This document shows positions 32,748 through 47,686 of a stretch of 64,000 nt of DNA, piece by piece (position 1 is the first letter of the stretch; the number at the start of each line of letters is the position of its first letter). The notes below the pieces were generated by a model that was given only the letters and a program-made list of their open reading frames with translations, did not search any database and had not been told where the DNA came from. The stretch lies in contig CAWGEM010000017.1 in NCBI GenBank assembly GCA_963821555.1, forward strand, positions 79,873 to 143,872. The letters run 5' to 3'. Source of the DNA: an uncultured Alphaproteobacteria bacterium. GTDB taxonomy: Bacteria; Pseudomonadota; Alphaproteobacteria; Rhizobiales; Xanthobacteraceae. The position numbers were made by a program, and so were the translations under genes.

Positions 32748-32868
32748 GCTGTCGCGGCGCCAGACGCGGCTTGGGCGGCGCCATCCAGTTGGTTTGCGGC
32801 ACACCGGCGTTGCCCCGCCGCGGCGGGCGTGGTGTGATGGCGCCGTTGTTTCACACCGGGAGATCACC

Positions 32869-33187
32869 ATGATCACCGCTGTCGTGACGTTCAAGCTTCC
32901 GCCGGGCACCACCCGCGAGCAGCGGGTGGAGCAGATGAAGCAGACCGCGTTGCGGTTTCAGAACGTGCCCGGCCTGATCCGCAAGCAGTTTCTCTACGAC
33001 GAGCAGAAGGGCCTCGCCGGCGGCGTCTATCTGTGGGAGACGCGCGAGGCGGCCGAGGCGTGCTACCGCGGGCCGTGGCGCGACAGCGTGCGCAAGGCCT
33101 CCGGCGGCAACGAGCCCGAGATCGCCTGGTTCGAGTCCCCGGTCGTGGTCGACAACGAGAGCCACACAGATCAAGACCGCGGCGTAA
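32869..33187 (+). CDS. YdhR-like putative monooxygenase (dimeric alpha/beta barrel); probable 3' frameshift
   Basis: VPGLIRKQF, GGVYLWETREAA, FESPVVVDN; as assembled it reads on to 33222 into a REP. Confidence 0.75.
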
Positions 33188-33192
33188 GCGCC

Positions 33193-33287
33193 GTAGGGTG
33201 GGTTAGGCGCAACGCGCCGTAACCCACCAGGGCTCTCACGACATTTCTTACGGTGGGTTACGCGCCTTCGGCGCTAACCCACCCTAC
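33193..33287. repeat. REP doublet (GTAG family, REPIN/BIME-like)
   Basis: GTAGGGTGGGTTAGGCGC...GTAACCCACC (33193-33228) and an inverted copy ending CCCTAC (33252-33287). Confidence 0.85.
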
Positions 33288-33508
33288 GGCCCTAAACTCG
33301 ACGACCACCACATCCAGGCCATGCGCGCGATCGTGATCGCGGCAATGGCGCCGACCGTCGCGATGAACAGCCAGACCAGGACATCGACCTGGCGCTTGAA
33401 CTTCTGAAAGCCCTGGCTCGAGCGCGTCGGCCGCCGGAACATCACGTTGCGTAAGAACAGCAGCACCGGGATGACGGCAACGGCAAGGGCGAGGAGTTTG
33501 AGCAGCAT
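33284..33508 (-). CDS. Small two-TM membrane protein bracketed by REPs
   Basis: MLLKLLALAVAVIPVLLFL...VLVWLFIATVGAIAAITI; stop codon lies in the REP GTAG. Confidence 0.6.
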   Translation of the reverse strand: MLLKLLALAVAVIPVLLFLRNVMFRRPTRSSQGFQKFKRQVDVLVWLFIATVGAIAAITIARMAWMWWSSSLGP

Positions 33509-33575
33509 GGCGCGCGGGTTCCCTCGCGCATCATAGAGCAAGCGGCGGGATGTGCGCACGATGTGCGCAACGTCG

Positions 33576-33668
33576 CAGAGTGGAGTTGGCGCGGAGCGCC
33601 GCAACACACCTCGATTTCGCGGCAAGGGAGGCGGTGGGTTACGCGCCTTCGGCGTTAACCCGCCCTAC
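33576..33668. repeat. Second REP doublet of the same family (left arm degenerate)
   Basis: 33633-33668 GGTGGGTTACGCGCCTTCGGCGTTAACCCGCCCTAC is nearly identical to 33252-33287. Confidence 0.75.
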
Positions 33669-33679
33669 GCACTCAACTT

Positions 33680-33788
33680 GTAGCCCGCATGAAGCGAAGC
33701 GGAATGCGGGGCTGCGTTGACGTCACAAACTTGGGCGGTTGTTGATGTCCCAAGGATCCCGGATTGCGCTTCGCTCCATCTGGGCTCC
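33680..33788. repeat. REP doublet of a second GTAG family
   Basis: GTAGCCCGCATGAAGCGAAGCGGAATGCGGG ... CCCGGATTGCGCTTCGCTCCATCTGGGCTCC. Confidence 0.75.
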
Positions 33789-33820
33789 TTGCTATAGATT
33801 TCGGTCGAGCTAGAAGACCG

Positions 33821-34498
33821 CTACCCTGCGCGAACTTTGCCGCAGGTGTCGCATTTTGTGCCTGCACCAAATGGTCGGAGCGTTGCATTACCGCAAGTGC
33901 AGAAGTCGCCAGTATATTGCGCGCAGCGTGCGCGAAACTCGCACCGACGCTTTTCTTCATTGGCAGCAGCCACGCGATCCTCTGCAATGTCTGGTGGGAT
34001 GTTGCACGCTTGCGCAATCTCCTTGGCGCTTTCGTACAATTCTAGTACGCGGGATGTCAGCAGGAAATAAGAGGCGAAAGCGTTTGCCTGCCATTCCCCT
34101 CGCTCTTCCTTCTGCACGAATTTGATCTGCGCGGTTTCATCGTCCGAAAACGGTTGGGCATAGTGGTCGTGTAGAACTAGATGTCCAATTTCGTGCGCCA
34201 CGATACGTCGGGCTCCTGGCTCACCTAGATTTGCTTCGTCCCATACCTGCGGATGAATGTGCAGCGTTGGCGGGTTGTGAGTTACGTAAGCAAGAGGTTC
34301 AACCCCATCGGGCACGTCAAATTTGATATCAAGCACGCCCTTGTTCAGCTTCGCAAGAATGCCCGGCAGGATTTTTTCAACGAAGACCACGATGTTGAAG
34401 AAGGCGTCGTTTTCATTGCCGGCCTTACGCCGACAATCCAGCGCGATTGACTCAATGCTCTCCTCGCGCCGGAATCGAACTTTGTGATCGCGAAGCAT
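33821..34498 (-). CDS. ImmA/IrrE family (Peptidase_M78/DUF955) metallo-endopeptidase with NrdJ-like C-terminal Cys tail
   Basis: [10 protein letters not shown] (HEXXH), [12 protein letters not shown]; C-terminus [26 protein letters not shown]; more AT-rich than its neighbours. Confidence 0.88.
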   Translation of the reverse strand: MLRDHKVRFRREESIESIALDCRRKAGNENDAFFNIVVFVEKILPGILAKLNKGVLDIKFDVPDGVEPLAYVTHNPPTLHIHPQVWDEANLGEPGARRIVAHEIGHLVLHDHYAQPFSDDETAQIKFVQKEERGEWQANAFASYFLLTSRVLELYESAKEIAQACNIPPDIAEDRVAAANEEKRRCEFRARCAQYTGDFCTCGNATLRPFGAGTKCDTCGKVRAG

Positions 34499-34510
34499 GA
34501 CTAGCAATTC

Positions 34511-38258
<3,748 letters not shown>

Positions 38259-38611
38259 TGTTCTTGCCCCTGATTATGGGTCGGTCGCACCTGCGGCGCC
38301 GACATGTTAGCCCTTTTCAGCCCCGGCGCGTCCACTCCCGAACCGCGCCGTCATCTTCGGACGCCAACCCTTACATAGTAACGAAGCCCTTGATCCAACA
38401 GGTTTTTCGATCGCTTTTTGCTGCCCTGCGGAGATCGCCGCAGGGCAACGCAAGACCCACTCCCGTGAGGGCAAATCCCGTGCGGGACAGCGGCCGAATT
38501 CTGCGTGATTGCGTTCGGCGGAGGACGAAGCACGGAAACCCGCGCCGAACGGATCGAAAGCTAGGACAAACTCGCCGCATACGTCAAGCAATAGACGCGG
38601 AGTCTGAATCA

Positions 38612-38627
38612 AATACTAAGTCTTGTG
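38612..38627. promoter_or_regulatory. Probable NrdR box upstream of nrdJ (weaker second candidate at about 38367-38382)
   Basis: AATACTAAGTCTTGTG resembles consensus acaCwAtATaTwGtg. Confidence 0.5.
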
Positions 38628-38938
38628 GTCTCGCTGTGAACTTCGGGGATCGTCGACGCGACTCACCTGCGGCCGCGGAAGTATCGGACAGCGCAGGCGG
38701 ATTTGGAAAGCCCCTTTCGTCATGGAGTTGTGGTCGGGCTGTCACAAAAGCATAGTCAAGGGGTGAGCAGCGGGAATTCTGGTCATAACTGGGGGACGAC
38801 ACCGCTCCGCCCCGATTTGCCGCAACCCTGCGCTTTTCCACAGCCTCGACTGGATAGGCCAGCCGCGGCGCCATCCAGGCGGGCAGCGATTCTCCAAGCT
38901 CCTCAGGGGTTTGTGCGGGTGGTAACGCCGCGGCGCAG

Positions 38939-39989
38939 CTATGAGTCGGCCGCAGGACGTATGAGTTCCTGTCGCTGGCGGGGCAGGGCGTCGGGACACT
39001 CCCGCTGCAGGAACGCGATCAGCCCTTCGCGGACCTCGCAGCGCAGCTCGAACAGCGCCCCGGAATCGCGGGCGCTGAGCAGCACCCGAAGCTCGATCGA
39101 GCTTTCCCTGGCGTCGGTGACCTGCACCTTGGCCACGTCGCCGTCCCAGTTCTTCGAGTTGCTCACGATCGCCGCGACTTGCTCACGCACGCGCTCGACC
39201 GGAACCGAATGATCGGCGTAGACGAACACGGTGCCGAGCATCGTCGACGAGTTCGCGGGTCCAGTTCTGGAACGGCCGCTCGATAAAGTAGCTGAGCGGC
39301 ACGATCAGCCGGCGCAGGTCCCAGAGCTTGACCACCACGTAGGTCGAGGTGATGTCCTCGATCCGCCCCGACTCGTTCTCCACCACGACCGAGTCATCAA
39401 TGCGGATCGGTTGCGTGACGGCGATCTGCACGCCTGCGAGCAGGTTGCTCAGCACCGGCCGTGCTGCAAGGCCTACCACGATGCCGGCGATGCCTGCGGA
39501 GGCGAACAGGCCGATGCCGAACTGTCGGACCGAGTCGAAGGTCATCAGCGCGGCCGCCACGGTGACCAAGACGATGAGCGTGTTGAGCGTGCGCCTGAGC
39601 ACGCGCACCTGCGTGACGTGCTTGCGGGCGAGCAGGTTGTCTTCGGCCCCGAGATCGAACCGCCGCAGATAGATCGCGGACGACACGTCGAGGCAGACGA
39701 GCGTCATCCAGCCGGCGAGGCAGATGACTGCGAGCTGCAGGATGCGCCCGATCAGGCCCCGCAGGTCGGGATCGAACGGTAGCGCCGGCAGCGCCAGATC
39801 GACCGCGAGCAGGATCAGCGCAAGTCGCAACGGGCCCTGCATCCGCGTCAGCAGCGAATGGACTTCGAGGCGCCGGACGGCCAGCACGCGCCGGGCCGCG
39901 GCAAGCAGCATCCGGTGCGCGGCCAAGGCGACGGCAATCGCAACCGCCAGCAGGACTAAGCCGTAGACCACCGGCGGGACCGCTGGCAA
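38939..39989 (-). CDS. Small-conductance mechanosensitive channel (MscS family), frameshift near 39250
   Basis: LFASAGIAGIVVGLAARPVLSNLLAG, GRIEDITSTYVVVKLWDLRRLIVP, FQNWTR. Confidence 0.88.
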
Positions 39990-40213
39990 ACGCAGCGGTC
40001 GTGCGATTCCAGAACTCGGTCAGCGTTCTCAAGCTTGTCCTCGCATGGCGGGCGCAGCCGGCTCGCGTTGGCATGCCGCGACGCGAAGCCTACACGTGTT
40101 TCGAACGGCACAGAACGTGACACTGGATCCCCGCACAGGCCCTGTCGCAGCCAGGTCACGCGGTGGCGGCAGATTGCTGGACTTCGCTCCGGGCCGATGG
40201 CAAGACCACACCC

Positions 40214-40624
40214 ATGAAGACATTCCTGCTCCGTTTCTTCACGTGGTGGAACGGCCAGACCTTCGGCACCCAGCTTTGGACCTGGCTCTACGGCGAGGCT
40301 GTCGGCGAGGACGAGTTCGGCAACCGGTACTACCGGACTCGCGGCGGCCGGATCGATCCGACGCTCGGCATGCAGCGGCGCTGGGTGATCTACAGCGGCG
40401 TGGCCGAGCCCTCGACCGTGCCGCCGTCCTGGCACGGTTGGCTGCATCACACGGTCGATCAGCCGCCGACCGAGGAGCGTTACCAGCCGCGGCCCTGGCA
40501 GAAGCCGCACCGGCCAAACCTCACCGGCACCCCGGCCGCACATCGTCCTACGGGCTCTACGCTGGCCCAGGGGCGAAGGCCCAAAGCCACCGGCGACTAC
40601 AAGGCCTGGACCCCCGGCCGCTGA
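40214..40624 (+). CDS. NADH:ubiquinone oxidoreductase subunit NDUFA12 (17.2 kDa) family
   Basis: GEDEFGNRYY, RRWVIY, VPPSWHGWLHH, PNLTGT, DYKAWTP. Confidence 0.92.
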   Translation: MKTFLLRFFTWWNGQTFGTQLWTWLYGEAVGEDEFGNRYYRTRGGRIDPTLGMQRRWVIYSGVAEPSTVPPSWHGWLHHTVDQPPTEERYQPRPWQKPHRPNLTGTPAAHRPTGSTLAQGRRPKATGDYKAWTPGR

Positions 40625-40812
40625 TAGGCCAGGCGCGCGCTCCAACAACTCCGGCACCCCGCCGATTGGCGGTGGCCTCCAATTGGCACCGGTTCCTTAG
40701 CAGGGCGCGCAGGCGCTGTGGGCTCTTCGCCCTTTCCCCGCCGCATTCGCCGTGTTAACCGGGATAGGCATCGGCACGGGCGCAGCCGCCCAAGGCCGAC
40801 CAAAGTCGGCTG

Positions 40813-41694
40813 ATGGCCCGATCAATCGCGATTGCTCTTGCTGTGTTGGGTGGCGTGTTCGCCGCGTCGCCGGCGTTTGCGCAGTTCCCCAACATATTCG
40901 ATGCTATTTTCGGACCGCCGCCGCGACCGCCTGGCGAATTGCCGCGATCGCAGCCTGGCGGTCTGTTGCCGCCGGGACCGCCCCCGCGTAGCAGCACTGC
41001 GCCATATTCCGGCGGTCCCCGGGGCGGGGTGGCGTCGCGACCGTTGCCGCCGCCCGGCACGCCGGTCGATCCCCGCGGGCGCAGCAGCGAGCCGCCGGCG
41101 GGCGTCAGCACCGCACCTGCGCGGCCGCGCGGCTCGCCGCAACCGGCATCGACCGCGCCGCAGCCGACGGACGAGATCGTCAGCGAACCGCCCGCCCAGA
41201 AGATTGCCAATCCGACGGCGGTGTTTGCCGGCCTCGACAAGGTCACCGGCCGCATCATCACGTTTGACGTGGCGATCGACGAGACAGTCCGGTTTGGCGC
41301 CCTCGAAGTGACCCCGCGCGCCTGCTATACCCGGCCGGCCACCGAGAACACGAACACCGACGGCTTCGTCGAGGTCGATGAACTGACCCTGCAGGGCGAA
41401 CTGCGGCGTATCTTCACCGGCTGGATGTTTGCCGCGAGCCCCGGGCTCAATGCGGTCGAGCATCCGATTTACGACGTCTGGCTGAGCGACTGTAAGGGCG
41501 GCACGCCGCCTGCGGTCACGGCCGAGCGGCCTCCCGATCCGACACCCGCCGCGCAACGACCGCCAGCACCGCGGCCGCAACAGCCGCAGCAGCGGCGCAC
41601 CGTGCAGCCGGCCCCGCCGCCACAGCCGGTCCAACCGCCGCCAGCGCAACCACAGCCGGCCCAGCCGTCAATATTCCCGCCGCTGTTTCGCTGA
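40813..41694 (+). CDS. DUF2155 domain secreted protein with Pro-rich arms
   Basis: GLDKVTGR, FTGWMFAASPGLNAVEHPIYDVWL; conserved synteny with NDUFA12 and aat. Confidence 0.85.
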   Translation: MARSIAIALAVLGGVFAASPAFAQFPNIFDAIFGPPPRPPGELPRSQPGGLLPPGPPPRSSTAPYSGGPRGGVASRPLPPPGTPVDPRGRSSEPPAGVSTAPARPRGSPQPASTAPQPTDEIVSEPPAQKIANPTAVFAGLDKVTGRIITFDVAIDETVRFGALEVTPRACYTRPATENTNTDGFVEVDELTLQGELRRIFTGWMFAASPGLNAVEHPIYDVWLSDCKGGTPPAVTAERPPDPTPAAQRPPAPRPQQPQQRRTVQPAPPPQPVQPPPAQPQPAQPSIFPPLFR

Positions 41695-41703
41695 CGATAT
41701 CCT

Positions 41704-42369
41704 TCACGGCGCGGCGTAGCGCATGGCGTCGTCGCCGGATATCGGCTCGGCCAGTGCGCCAAAATCGGCATCGCCCACCAGAGCCGCTTCCAGAAGGTTG
41801 TGGTAGTGCCGCCGCGTTACTTCGATGGCGCCGAAGGTCCTGAGGTGGTCGGTCACAAACTGCGTGTCCAGCAGTCGAAACCCGCCGGCCCGCAGGCGCG
41901 CGACCAAGTGCACGAGCGCGACCTTCGACGCGTCGCGTGAGCGGTGAAACATACTTTCGCCGAAAAACGCACGACCGAGGCAGACGCCGTAAAGACCGCC
42001 GGCCAGTTGGCCGTCTTCGTAGGCCTCGACACTGTGACAATGGCCGATCTCATGGAGGCGACGGTAGAGCGTGCGGATTCGCTCGTTGATCCAGGTGCGC
42101 GCCCGACCGGGATGCGGCTCCGCGCAGCCATCCAGCACCGCGTCGAAATCGCGGTTGACCAGCACCTCGAACCGGTCGGATCGGACGGTTCGCGCCAGCC
42201 GTGCCGAGACGTGAAAATCGCCGAAGGGGATGATCCCGCGCTTCTCCGGTTCGATCCAATGAAGCGCCGGATCCTCGGCACTCTCTGCCATCGGAAAGAT
42301 GCCGCAGGCATAGGCTTTGAGCAGGACCTCGGGCGTAATGTCGACGAAGGCGGTTTCTCGGCTGGCCAT
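41704..42369 (-). CDS. aat: Leucyl/phenylalanyl-tRNA--protein transferase
   Basis: [45 protein letters not shown]. Confidence 0.95.
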   Translation of the reverse strand: MASRETAFVDITPEVLLKAYACGIFPMAESAEDPALHWIEPEKRGIIPFGDFHVSARLARTVRSDRFEVLVNRDFDAVLDGCAEPHPGRARTWINERIRTLYRRLHEIGHCHSVEAYEDGQLAGGLYGVCLGRAFFGESMFHRSRDASKVALVHLVARLRAGGFRLLDTQFVTDHLRTFGAIEVTRRHYHNLLEAALVGDADFGALAEPISGDDAMRYAAP

Positions 42370-42545
42370 GCGGGACGACGGTAGTTCGGTGGGCGGGCGA
42401 GGGCGCCACGCACTGTATCACCCCGCTCCATGTACCATAACCCATTAGCCATATTCCCTTTCATTACCGCGGGCTCGGGAACCCTGCGGTCGCGCCGCCG
42501 CGTTGCCGTCATGCCCGATGGCGGGCCTTGCGAGGGAGGGACACG

Positions 42546-42932
42546 ATGGCGGAACTTCCGGCTCGATCACCCCGCGTTCTCTTGGTTGAGGACGAATTCC
42601 TGGTGAGCGACATGATCTCGTCGGTGCTTGCGGAGCGCGGCTTTGAGGTGCACGCGGTGGCGAGCGCGACCGAAGCGCTGCGCCACCTGTTGGGCGGCGC
42701 CCCTTGCGACCTGCTGTTCACCGACATCAACCTGCCCGGCGGAATGGATGGCGCCGTACTAGCGCGCCGTGCGCGCGAACTGCGTCCCGACTTGCCGGTC
42801 GTCTATGCGTCGGGCGCCGTCAGGGGGCTCGGCCCAGGGGAGGCTGTGCCGGGCTCCATGTTCGTCGGCAAGCCGTACAGCACGACGAAGCTGTGTGCGC
42901 TGCTGGCGCGCATGGTTGAGAAGCGGATCTGA
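42546..42932 (+). CDS. Single-domain response regulator (receiver)
   Basis: VLLVEDE, DLLFTDINLPGGMDG, SG, KPY. Confidence 0.9.
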   Translation: MAELPARSPRVLLVEDEFLVSDMISSVLAERGFEVHAVASATEALRHLLGGAPCDLLFTDINLPGGMDGAVLARRARELRPDLPVVYASGAVRGLGPGEAVPGSMFVGKPYSTTKLCALLARMVEKRI

Positions 42933-43051
42933 GCTGCCACGGCAAACACGACAGTCGCGCCAGGTCCTAAGTTGCTCCGTACCTTTGCGCGCATAAAGTA
43001 GACGCAAAGTGATCAACGCCGAGAGCGGGGCCGAGGCAAGAGGGGACGACA

Positions 43052-44026
43052 ATGGGGCAACTCGTCGATGGGGCCTGGAGCACCGAGAACGTGCTCGTCC
43101 AGCACGACGCCAAGGGACTCTACTTCAAGCGCGATTCTGCTTTCCGGAACCGCATCGACGCCGATCCCCGCTCCGAGTTTCCCGCCGAGCCCGGCCGCTA
43201 CCACCTCTACTGCGCGGTGGCTTGCCCATGGGCGCATCGCGCCACGCTGATGCGCACGCTCAAACGGCTCGAGCCGTTCGTGACGCTCACCAACACCTTT
43301 CAGGAACCTGGCGGTCAGGGCTGGTCGTTTGGACAGGATGGCCACATCGTGCCTGGCACCGACCGGCGCGTGCGATGGCTCCATGAGCTTTACACCATCG
43401 CCGATCCAGGCTGCACGACGCGCGTGACCGTGCCGACGGTGTGGGATGCCAAGACGCGCCGCATCGTCAACAACGAGTCGTCCGAAATCATCCGGATGTT
43501 CAACACCGCGTTCGCCGGCATCGCCGAGCCTTCGCTTGACTATTACCCCGAGCCGCTTCGGGAAGAGATCGACGCGACCAACACGCTCGTCCTCAAAGGC
43601 GTGAACAACGCGGTCAACGGCTGCGGCTATTCGATCTCGCAGCAGGCTTACGACGAATCCGCCAAGCTCCTGTTCGGGACGCTAGACGGTCTGGAAGCGC
43701 GTCTTTCGGCGCAGCGCTATCTGTGTGGCGAGGTCGAGACCGAAGCGGACTGGCGCCTGTTTCCAAGTCTCGTGCGGTTCGACCCGTGCTATTACGTCGG
43801 CTACAAGTGCAACCTGCGCCGGCTCGATGAGTATCCCAACCTGTCGAACTATCTTCGAGAGCTTTACCAGACACCCGGCATTGCCGAGGTCTGCGACATC
43901 GCCGGCATGAAACGCGGCGTCTTTGGCAAGGCCGGTCCGGTCGGCTCGAACGGGATCATCCCTGTGGGCCCGCCGGTCGACTATTCAAGGCCGCACGATC
44001 GCGATCGTTTGCCCCGGAGCAAATGA
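43052..44026 (+). CDS. Glutathionyl-hydroquinone reductase (YqjG / GST Xi class)
   Basis: MGQLVDGAW, GRYHLY...CPWAHR, TVP..WD, IVNNESSEIIRM. Confidence 0.9.
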   Translation: MGQLVDGAWSTENVLVQHDAKGLYFKRDSAFRNRIDADPRSEFPAEPGRYHLYCAVACPWAHRATLMRTLKRLEPFVTLTNTFQEPGGQGWSFGQDGHIVPGTDRRVRWLHELYTIADPGCTTRVTVPTVWDAKTRRIVNNESSEIIRMFNTAFAGIAEPSLDYYPEPLREEIDATNTLVLKGVNNAVNGCGYSISQQAYDESAKLLFGTLDGLEARLSAQRYLCGEVETEADWRLFPSLVRFDPCYYVGYKCNLRRLDEYPNLSNYLRELYQTPGIAEVCDIAGMKRGVFGKAGPVGSNGIIPVGPPVDYSRPHDRDRLPRSK

Positions 44027-44057
44027 AGCGTCGGTACGACGACGTTCACCGAGTGGC

Positions 44058-45410
44058 TCAGCGATCCATCCCACCTTCCGCAAGGAAGCGTTCCAGCCAA
44101 TGGATGTGGTAGTTGCCGTCGATGATGTCCTGGGTCCGCACCAGCTTCTGAAACAGCGGCAGCGTGGTCTCGATGCCGTCGACCACGAATTCGTCGAGCG
44201 CGCGCTTGAGCCGCATCAGGCATTCGGTGCGGGTCTTGCCGTGCACGATCAGCTTCCCGACCATCGAGTCATAGAACGGCGGGATCGTGTAGCCCTGGTA
44301 GACGGCGGAATCGACACGTACGCCGAGCCCGCCCGGCGGATGGTAGGAGAGAATCCGGCCGGGCGACGGCAGGAAGGTTGAAGGGTTTTCGGCATTGACG
44401 CGGCATTCGATTGAGTGGCCGCGGAACTCGACCTCCTTCTGCGCGAGCGGGAGTGCGCCGCCGGCGGCGACCCGGATTTGTTCGAGCACGAGGTCGAGGC
44501 CGGTGATCATCTCGGTGACCGGGTGCTCGACCTGGATTCGGGTGTTCATCTCGATGAAATAGAACTGCCCATCCTCGAACAGGAACTCGACCGTTCCAAG
44601 CCCGAGGTACTTGAGTTCGCGCATCGCTTGCGCGACCGTTTCGCCGATGGTGTCGCGGGCAGCCGTGTTGAGCGCAGGCGAGGGGCTCTCCTCGAGCACC
44701 TTCTGGTGACGGCGCTGCAGCGAACAATCGCGCTCGCCGAGATGGATGGCGTTGCCGTTGCCGTCGCCCACGACCTGGATTTCGATGTGGCGCGGACGTT
44801 GCAGGTATTTCTCGAGGTAGACGGCGTCGTCGCCGAAAGCGGCCCTGGCCTCGGCGCGGGCGGTCGCAAGCGCGGTCGCAAGCTCGTCCTCGAGATGGGC
44901 GACCTTCATGCCGCGGCCGCCGCCGCCGGCGGCTGCTTTCACGAGAACCGGAAAGCCGATCGCGCGTGCCAGCGCGATCGCGTCCTGCTCGGAGCCCACT
45001 CCGCCGTCCGAGCCGGGGACGACCGGGATGCCGAGCCGACGCGCGGTGCGTTTGGCCTCGATCTTGTCGCCCATCAGCCGGATGTGCTCGGCCTTCGGAC
45101 CGATGAATTGAATGCCGTGCTCGGTTAGAATCTCGGCAAAGCGCGCGTTCTCGGAGAGAAATCCGTAGCCGGGATGGACCGCGTCCGCGCCGGTGATCTC
45201 GCAGGCCGCAAGCAGGGCCGGGATGTTGAGGTAGCTGTCCCTGGCCGGCGGCGGCCCGATGCAGACGCTCTCGTCTGCGAGCCGAACGTGCATCGCGTCG
45301 GCGTCGGCGGTCGAGTGCACCGCGACCGACGGAATACCGAGCTCCTGGCAGGCGCGCAGCACCCGGAGCGCGATCTCACCGCGATTGGCGATCAGGATCT
45401 TGTCGAACAT
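44058..45410 (-). CDS. accC: Acetyl-CoA carboxylase biotin carboxylase
   Basis: [47 protein letters not shown]. Confidence 0.97.
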   Translation of the reverse strand: MFDKILIANRGEIALRVLRACQELGIPSVAVHSTADADAMHVRLADESVCIGPPPARDSYLNIPALLAACEITGADAVHPGYGFLSENARFAEILTEHGIQFIGPKAEHIRLMGDKIEAKRTARRLGIPVVPGSDGGVGSEQDAIALARAIGFPVLVKAAAGGGGRGMKVAHLEDELATALATARAEARAAFGDDAVYLEKYLQRPRHIEIQVVGDGNGNAIHLGERDCSLQRRHQKVLEESPSPALNTAARDTIGETVAQAMRELKYLGLGTVEFLFEDGQFYFIEMNTRIQVEHPVTEMITGLDLVLEQIRVAAGGALPLAQKEVEFRGHSIECRVNAENPSTFLPSPGRILSYHPPGGLGVRVDSAVYQGYTIPPFYDSMVGKLIVHGKTRTECLMRLKRALDEFVVDGIETTLPLFQKLVRTQDIIDGNYHIHWLERFLAEGGMDR

Positions 45411-45411
45411 G

Positions 45412-45867
45412 TCACTCGATGATGAGCAGCGGCTCGCCAAACTCGACCGGCTGGCCGTCCTCGATCAGGATTTTCGTCACCGTTCCGGAGCGCGGCGCGG
45501 GGATCTGGTTCATGGTCTTCATCGCCTCGATGATCAGCAGCGTCTCACCGACGATCACCTTGCTGCCGACGTCGACGAAGGGGGGCGCGCCCGGCTCCGG
45601 CCCGACGTAAGCGGTGCCGACCATCGGCGAGGCGACCACGCCGGGATGTTTCGTGGGATCGGTGTCGTCGCTTCCGGCGGGCGCGGCGGCAGCAGGCGGC
45701 GATGCCGACGGCGCAAGAAACCCCGCCGACGCCACGGCGCCAGCACGGCCGACCCGCACGCGCAGGCCCTCGCGCTCGATCTCTATTTCGGTGAGGCCGG
45801 TCTCCTCCAGGAGCTTGGCGAGCTCGCGGATCAATTCGTGGTCGATCTCGCTGTTGCGCTCCGCCAT
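45412..45867 (-). CDS. accB: Biotin carboxyl carrier protein
   Basis: SPMVGT, EAMK biotinylation motif. Confidence 0.96.
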   Translation of the reverse strand: MAERNSEIDHELIRELAKLLEETGLTEIEIEREGLRVRVGRAGAVASAGFLAPSASPPAAAAPAGSDDTDPTKHPGVVASPMVGTAYVGPEPGAPPFVDVGSKVIVGETLLIIEAMKTMNQIPAPRSGTVTKILIEDGQPVEFGEPLLIIE

Positions 45868-45890
45868 CACGCTACCTTTGCGTCCTATGC

Positions 45891-46355
45891 TCAGCGACCG
45901 GACGTGCGGCGGAGGCCGGCGAGGCCCTCGATCGCCAGCGCGTAACCCTGAATCCCAAAGCCGCAGATCACCGCCTTGGCCGCAAGCGAGACGTACGAAT
46001 GGTGGCGCCACGGCTCGCGTGCGTGGATGTTGGTGATGTGCACCTCGATCACCGGCAGGGATACAGCCTTGATCGCATCGTGCATTGGCACCGACGTATG
46101 CGTCAGTCCCGCCGGATTGATGACGATGCCGGCGGCTTTGGCAGCGCCGGCCTCTTGAATCCAGTCTACGATTACGCCCTCGTGGTTGGATTGCCGGAAC
46201 TCGACGGCGAGCATGTGCTCGGCTGCCGTCTTGCGGCACAGCGTCTCGACGTCCTTCAAAGTGGCGTGCCCGTAGATTTGCGGCTCGCGGGTGCCGAGCA
46301 GATTGAGGTTCGGACCGTTGAGAACGTAGATGGTCTTGGCGTTTTTTTTGGCCAT
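45891..46355 (-). CDS. aroQ: Type II 3-dehydroquinate dehydratase
   Basis: [34 protein letters not shown]. Confidence 0.96.
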   Translation of the reverse strand: MAKKNAKTIYVLNGPNLNLLGTREPQIYGHATLKDVETLCRKTAAEHMLAVEFRQSNHEGVIVDWIQEAGAAKAAGIVINPAGLTHTSVPMHDAIKAVSLPVIEVHITNIHAREPWRHHSYVSLAAKAVICGFGIQGYALAIEGLAGLRRTSGR

Positions 46356-46478
46356 AGCCTGCGCGCCCAGCATTGTCCGCGCGCGACTTCGGAGCCGCGC
46401 TGTCACATTGCTGGCTTTATAGGCAGCCTGTCCGTAAAGGGAAAGCCCGCGGCCGCATATCCGCCGAAGGCCACCCGA

Positions 46479-47453
46479 TCACTGTGTTGCTGCTTTGATG
46501 CCGAGCACCTTTGCGACCTCGGCGACGGTGGCGCGCTGCCGTTCGAGCGCGGCCGCAAATTCTGCGGCGGAGCCAGGGGCCACGACCTGGCCGGTGGCCT
46601 CCAATCGCGCTGCAATCGCTGGATCCTTGAACGCCTCCCGAACGTCCGTGGCGATGCGCTCGCGCAGTTCGGCGGGCATGTCGCGCGCTCCGTAAATGCC
46701 GACGAGGCCATCAAACGTAAGCTGGGGGAAGCCGGCCTGAGCCACCGTCGGCATGCCCGGCAGCAGAGCGGTCGGTTCGCTTGCCGTGATCGCGAGGAGC
46801 TTGATGCGACCGGCCTGGGCCGCGGCGCGGACGATGGCATAGGCCGCCCAGTAGAGATGAAGCCGTCCTTCGGCCGCGTCGTTGAGGGCGTGCACCGTGT
46901 CGCGATACGGGATTTTCGCCATGTCGATGTTGGCGCTCTTGAGGTAGCCCCCGAGGATCAGGTCGGTGGCCCCGGTGACCGTCGCCCAGTTGAGTTTGCC
47001 GGGCTCGGCGCGGGCGCGGTCGAACAGCTCCTTCAGCGTGTTGACGCCGAGCGTGGGCGGCACCCCGATCGAGACCAGCGTCGAACTCACCCGTGCCACC
47101 GGCGCGAGGTCTTGCGGATCGTACGGCAGCTTGGCGTGCAGGTATGGGTGCGCGGTAAACGAAGAGGCCGGCGCGAACAGGAGCGTGTGGTCGTCGCGGG
47201 CGCTGGTGAATGCCGCGATGGCGACGAACCCGTCGCCACCCGGCCGGTTTTCGACCACGACCGGCTGGCCCCAACGCGCGCTGAGCTTCTCGGCAATCAG
47301 GCGCGCGCCGATGTCGGCGCCCGAGCCGGGACCCAGCGTGAGGATGAACTTGACCGGGCGCTGCGGCCAGGCCTGCGCCAGCGACGGCGCGGCGGAGCCG
47401 AGCACCAAAAATCCGGCGGCGATGACCGACAACAGGCGCAAATTGCAGTTCAT
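46479..47453 (-). CDS. Bug/TctC substrate-binding protein
   Basis: AQAWPQRPVK, WGQPVVVENRPG, PYR, PTVAQAG. Confidence 0.88.
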   Translation of the reverse strand: MNCNLRLLSVIAAGFLVLGSAAPSLAQAWPQRPVKFILTLGPGSGADIGARLIAEKLSARWGQPVVVENRPGGDGFVAIAAFTSARDDHTLLFAPASSFTAHPYLHAKLPYDPQDLAPVARVSSTLVSIGVPPTLGVNTLKELFDRARAEPGKLNWATVTGATDLILGGYLKSANIDMAKIPYRDTVHALNDAAEGRLHLYWAAYAIVRAAAQAGRIKLLAITASEPTALLPGMPTVAQAGFPQLTFDGLVGIYGARDMPAELRERIATDVREAFKDPAIAARLEATGQVVAPGSAAEFAAALERQRATVAEVAKVLGIKAATQ

Positions 47454-47686
47454 GGCAATCTCCCAAGGCCAGCGTGGCCAAGCCTGCCGCCGACACGGTG
47501 CTTTCGACAAGCGGCCACGATGTCTCACCGCACGGCCTTCGGTTCGCGCCGCTCTGTGGGGGTGGCGACCGTGGCGCGCTCCGCGACGGGGCGGCAGATT
47601 GCGGAGCCGTGTCCGGGCCGGGCCGGGCCATTTGGCCGGTCGCGTCGCGTAGCACGATAACCGAGGGATCGGCGGCCCGCGTGGGT

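Noticed and set aside
33193-33788. Repeats as a possible CRISPR array
   Set aside because: They are inverted GTAG-type REP pairs with irregular spacing, not direct repeats with unique spacers; no cas genes.
38259-38700. Cobalamin riboswitch upstream of the B12-dependent nrdJ
   Set aside because: Could not find the conserved GGGAA / GCCACTG B12-box elements by eye.
40813-41694. Pro/Gln-rich low-complexity repeats
   Set aside because: Ordinary disordered linkers of the DUF2155 protein.
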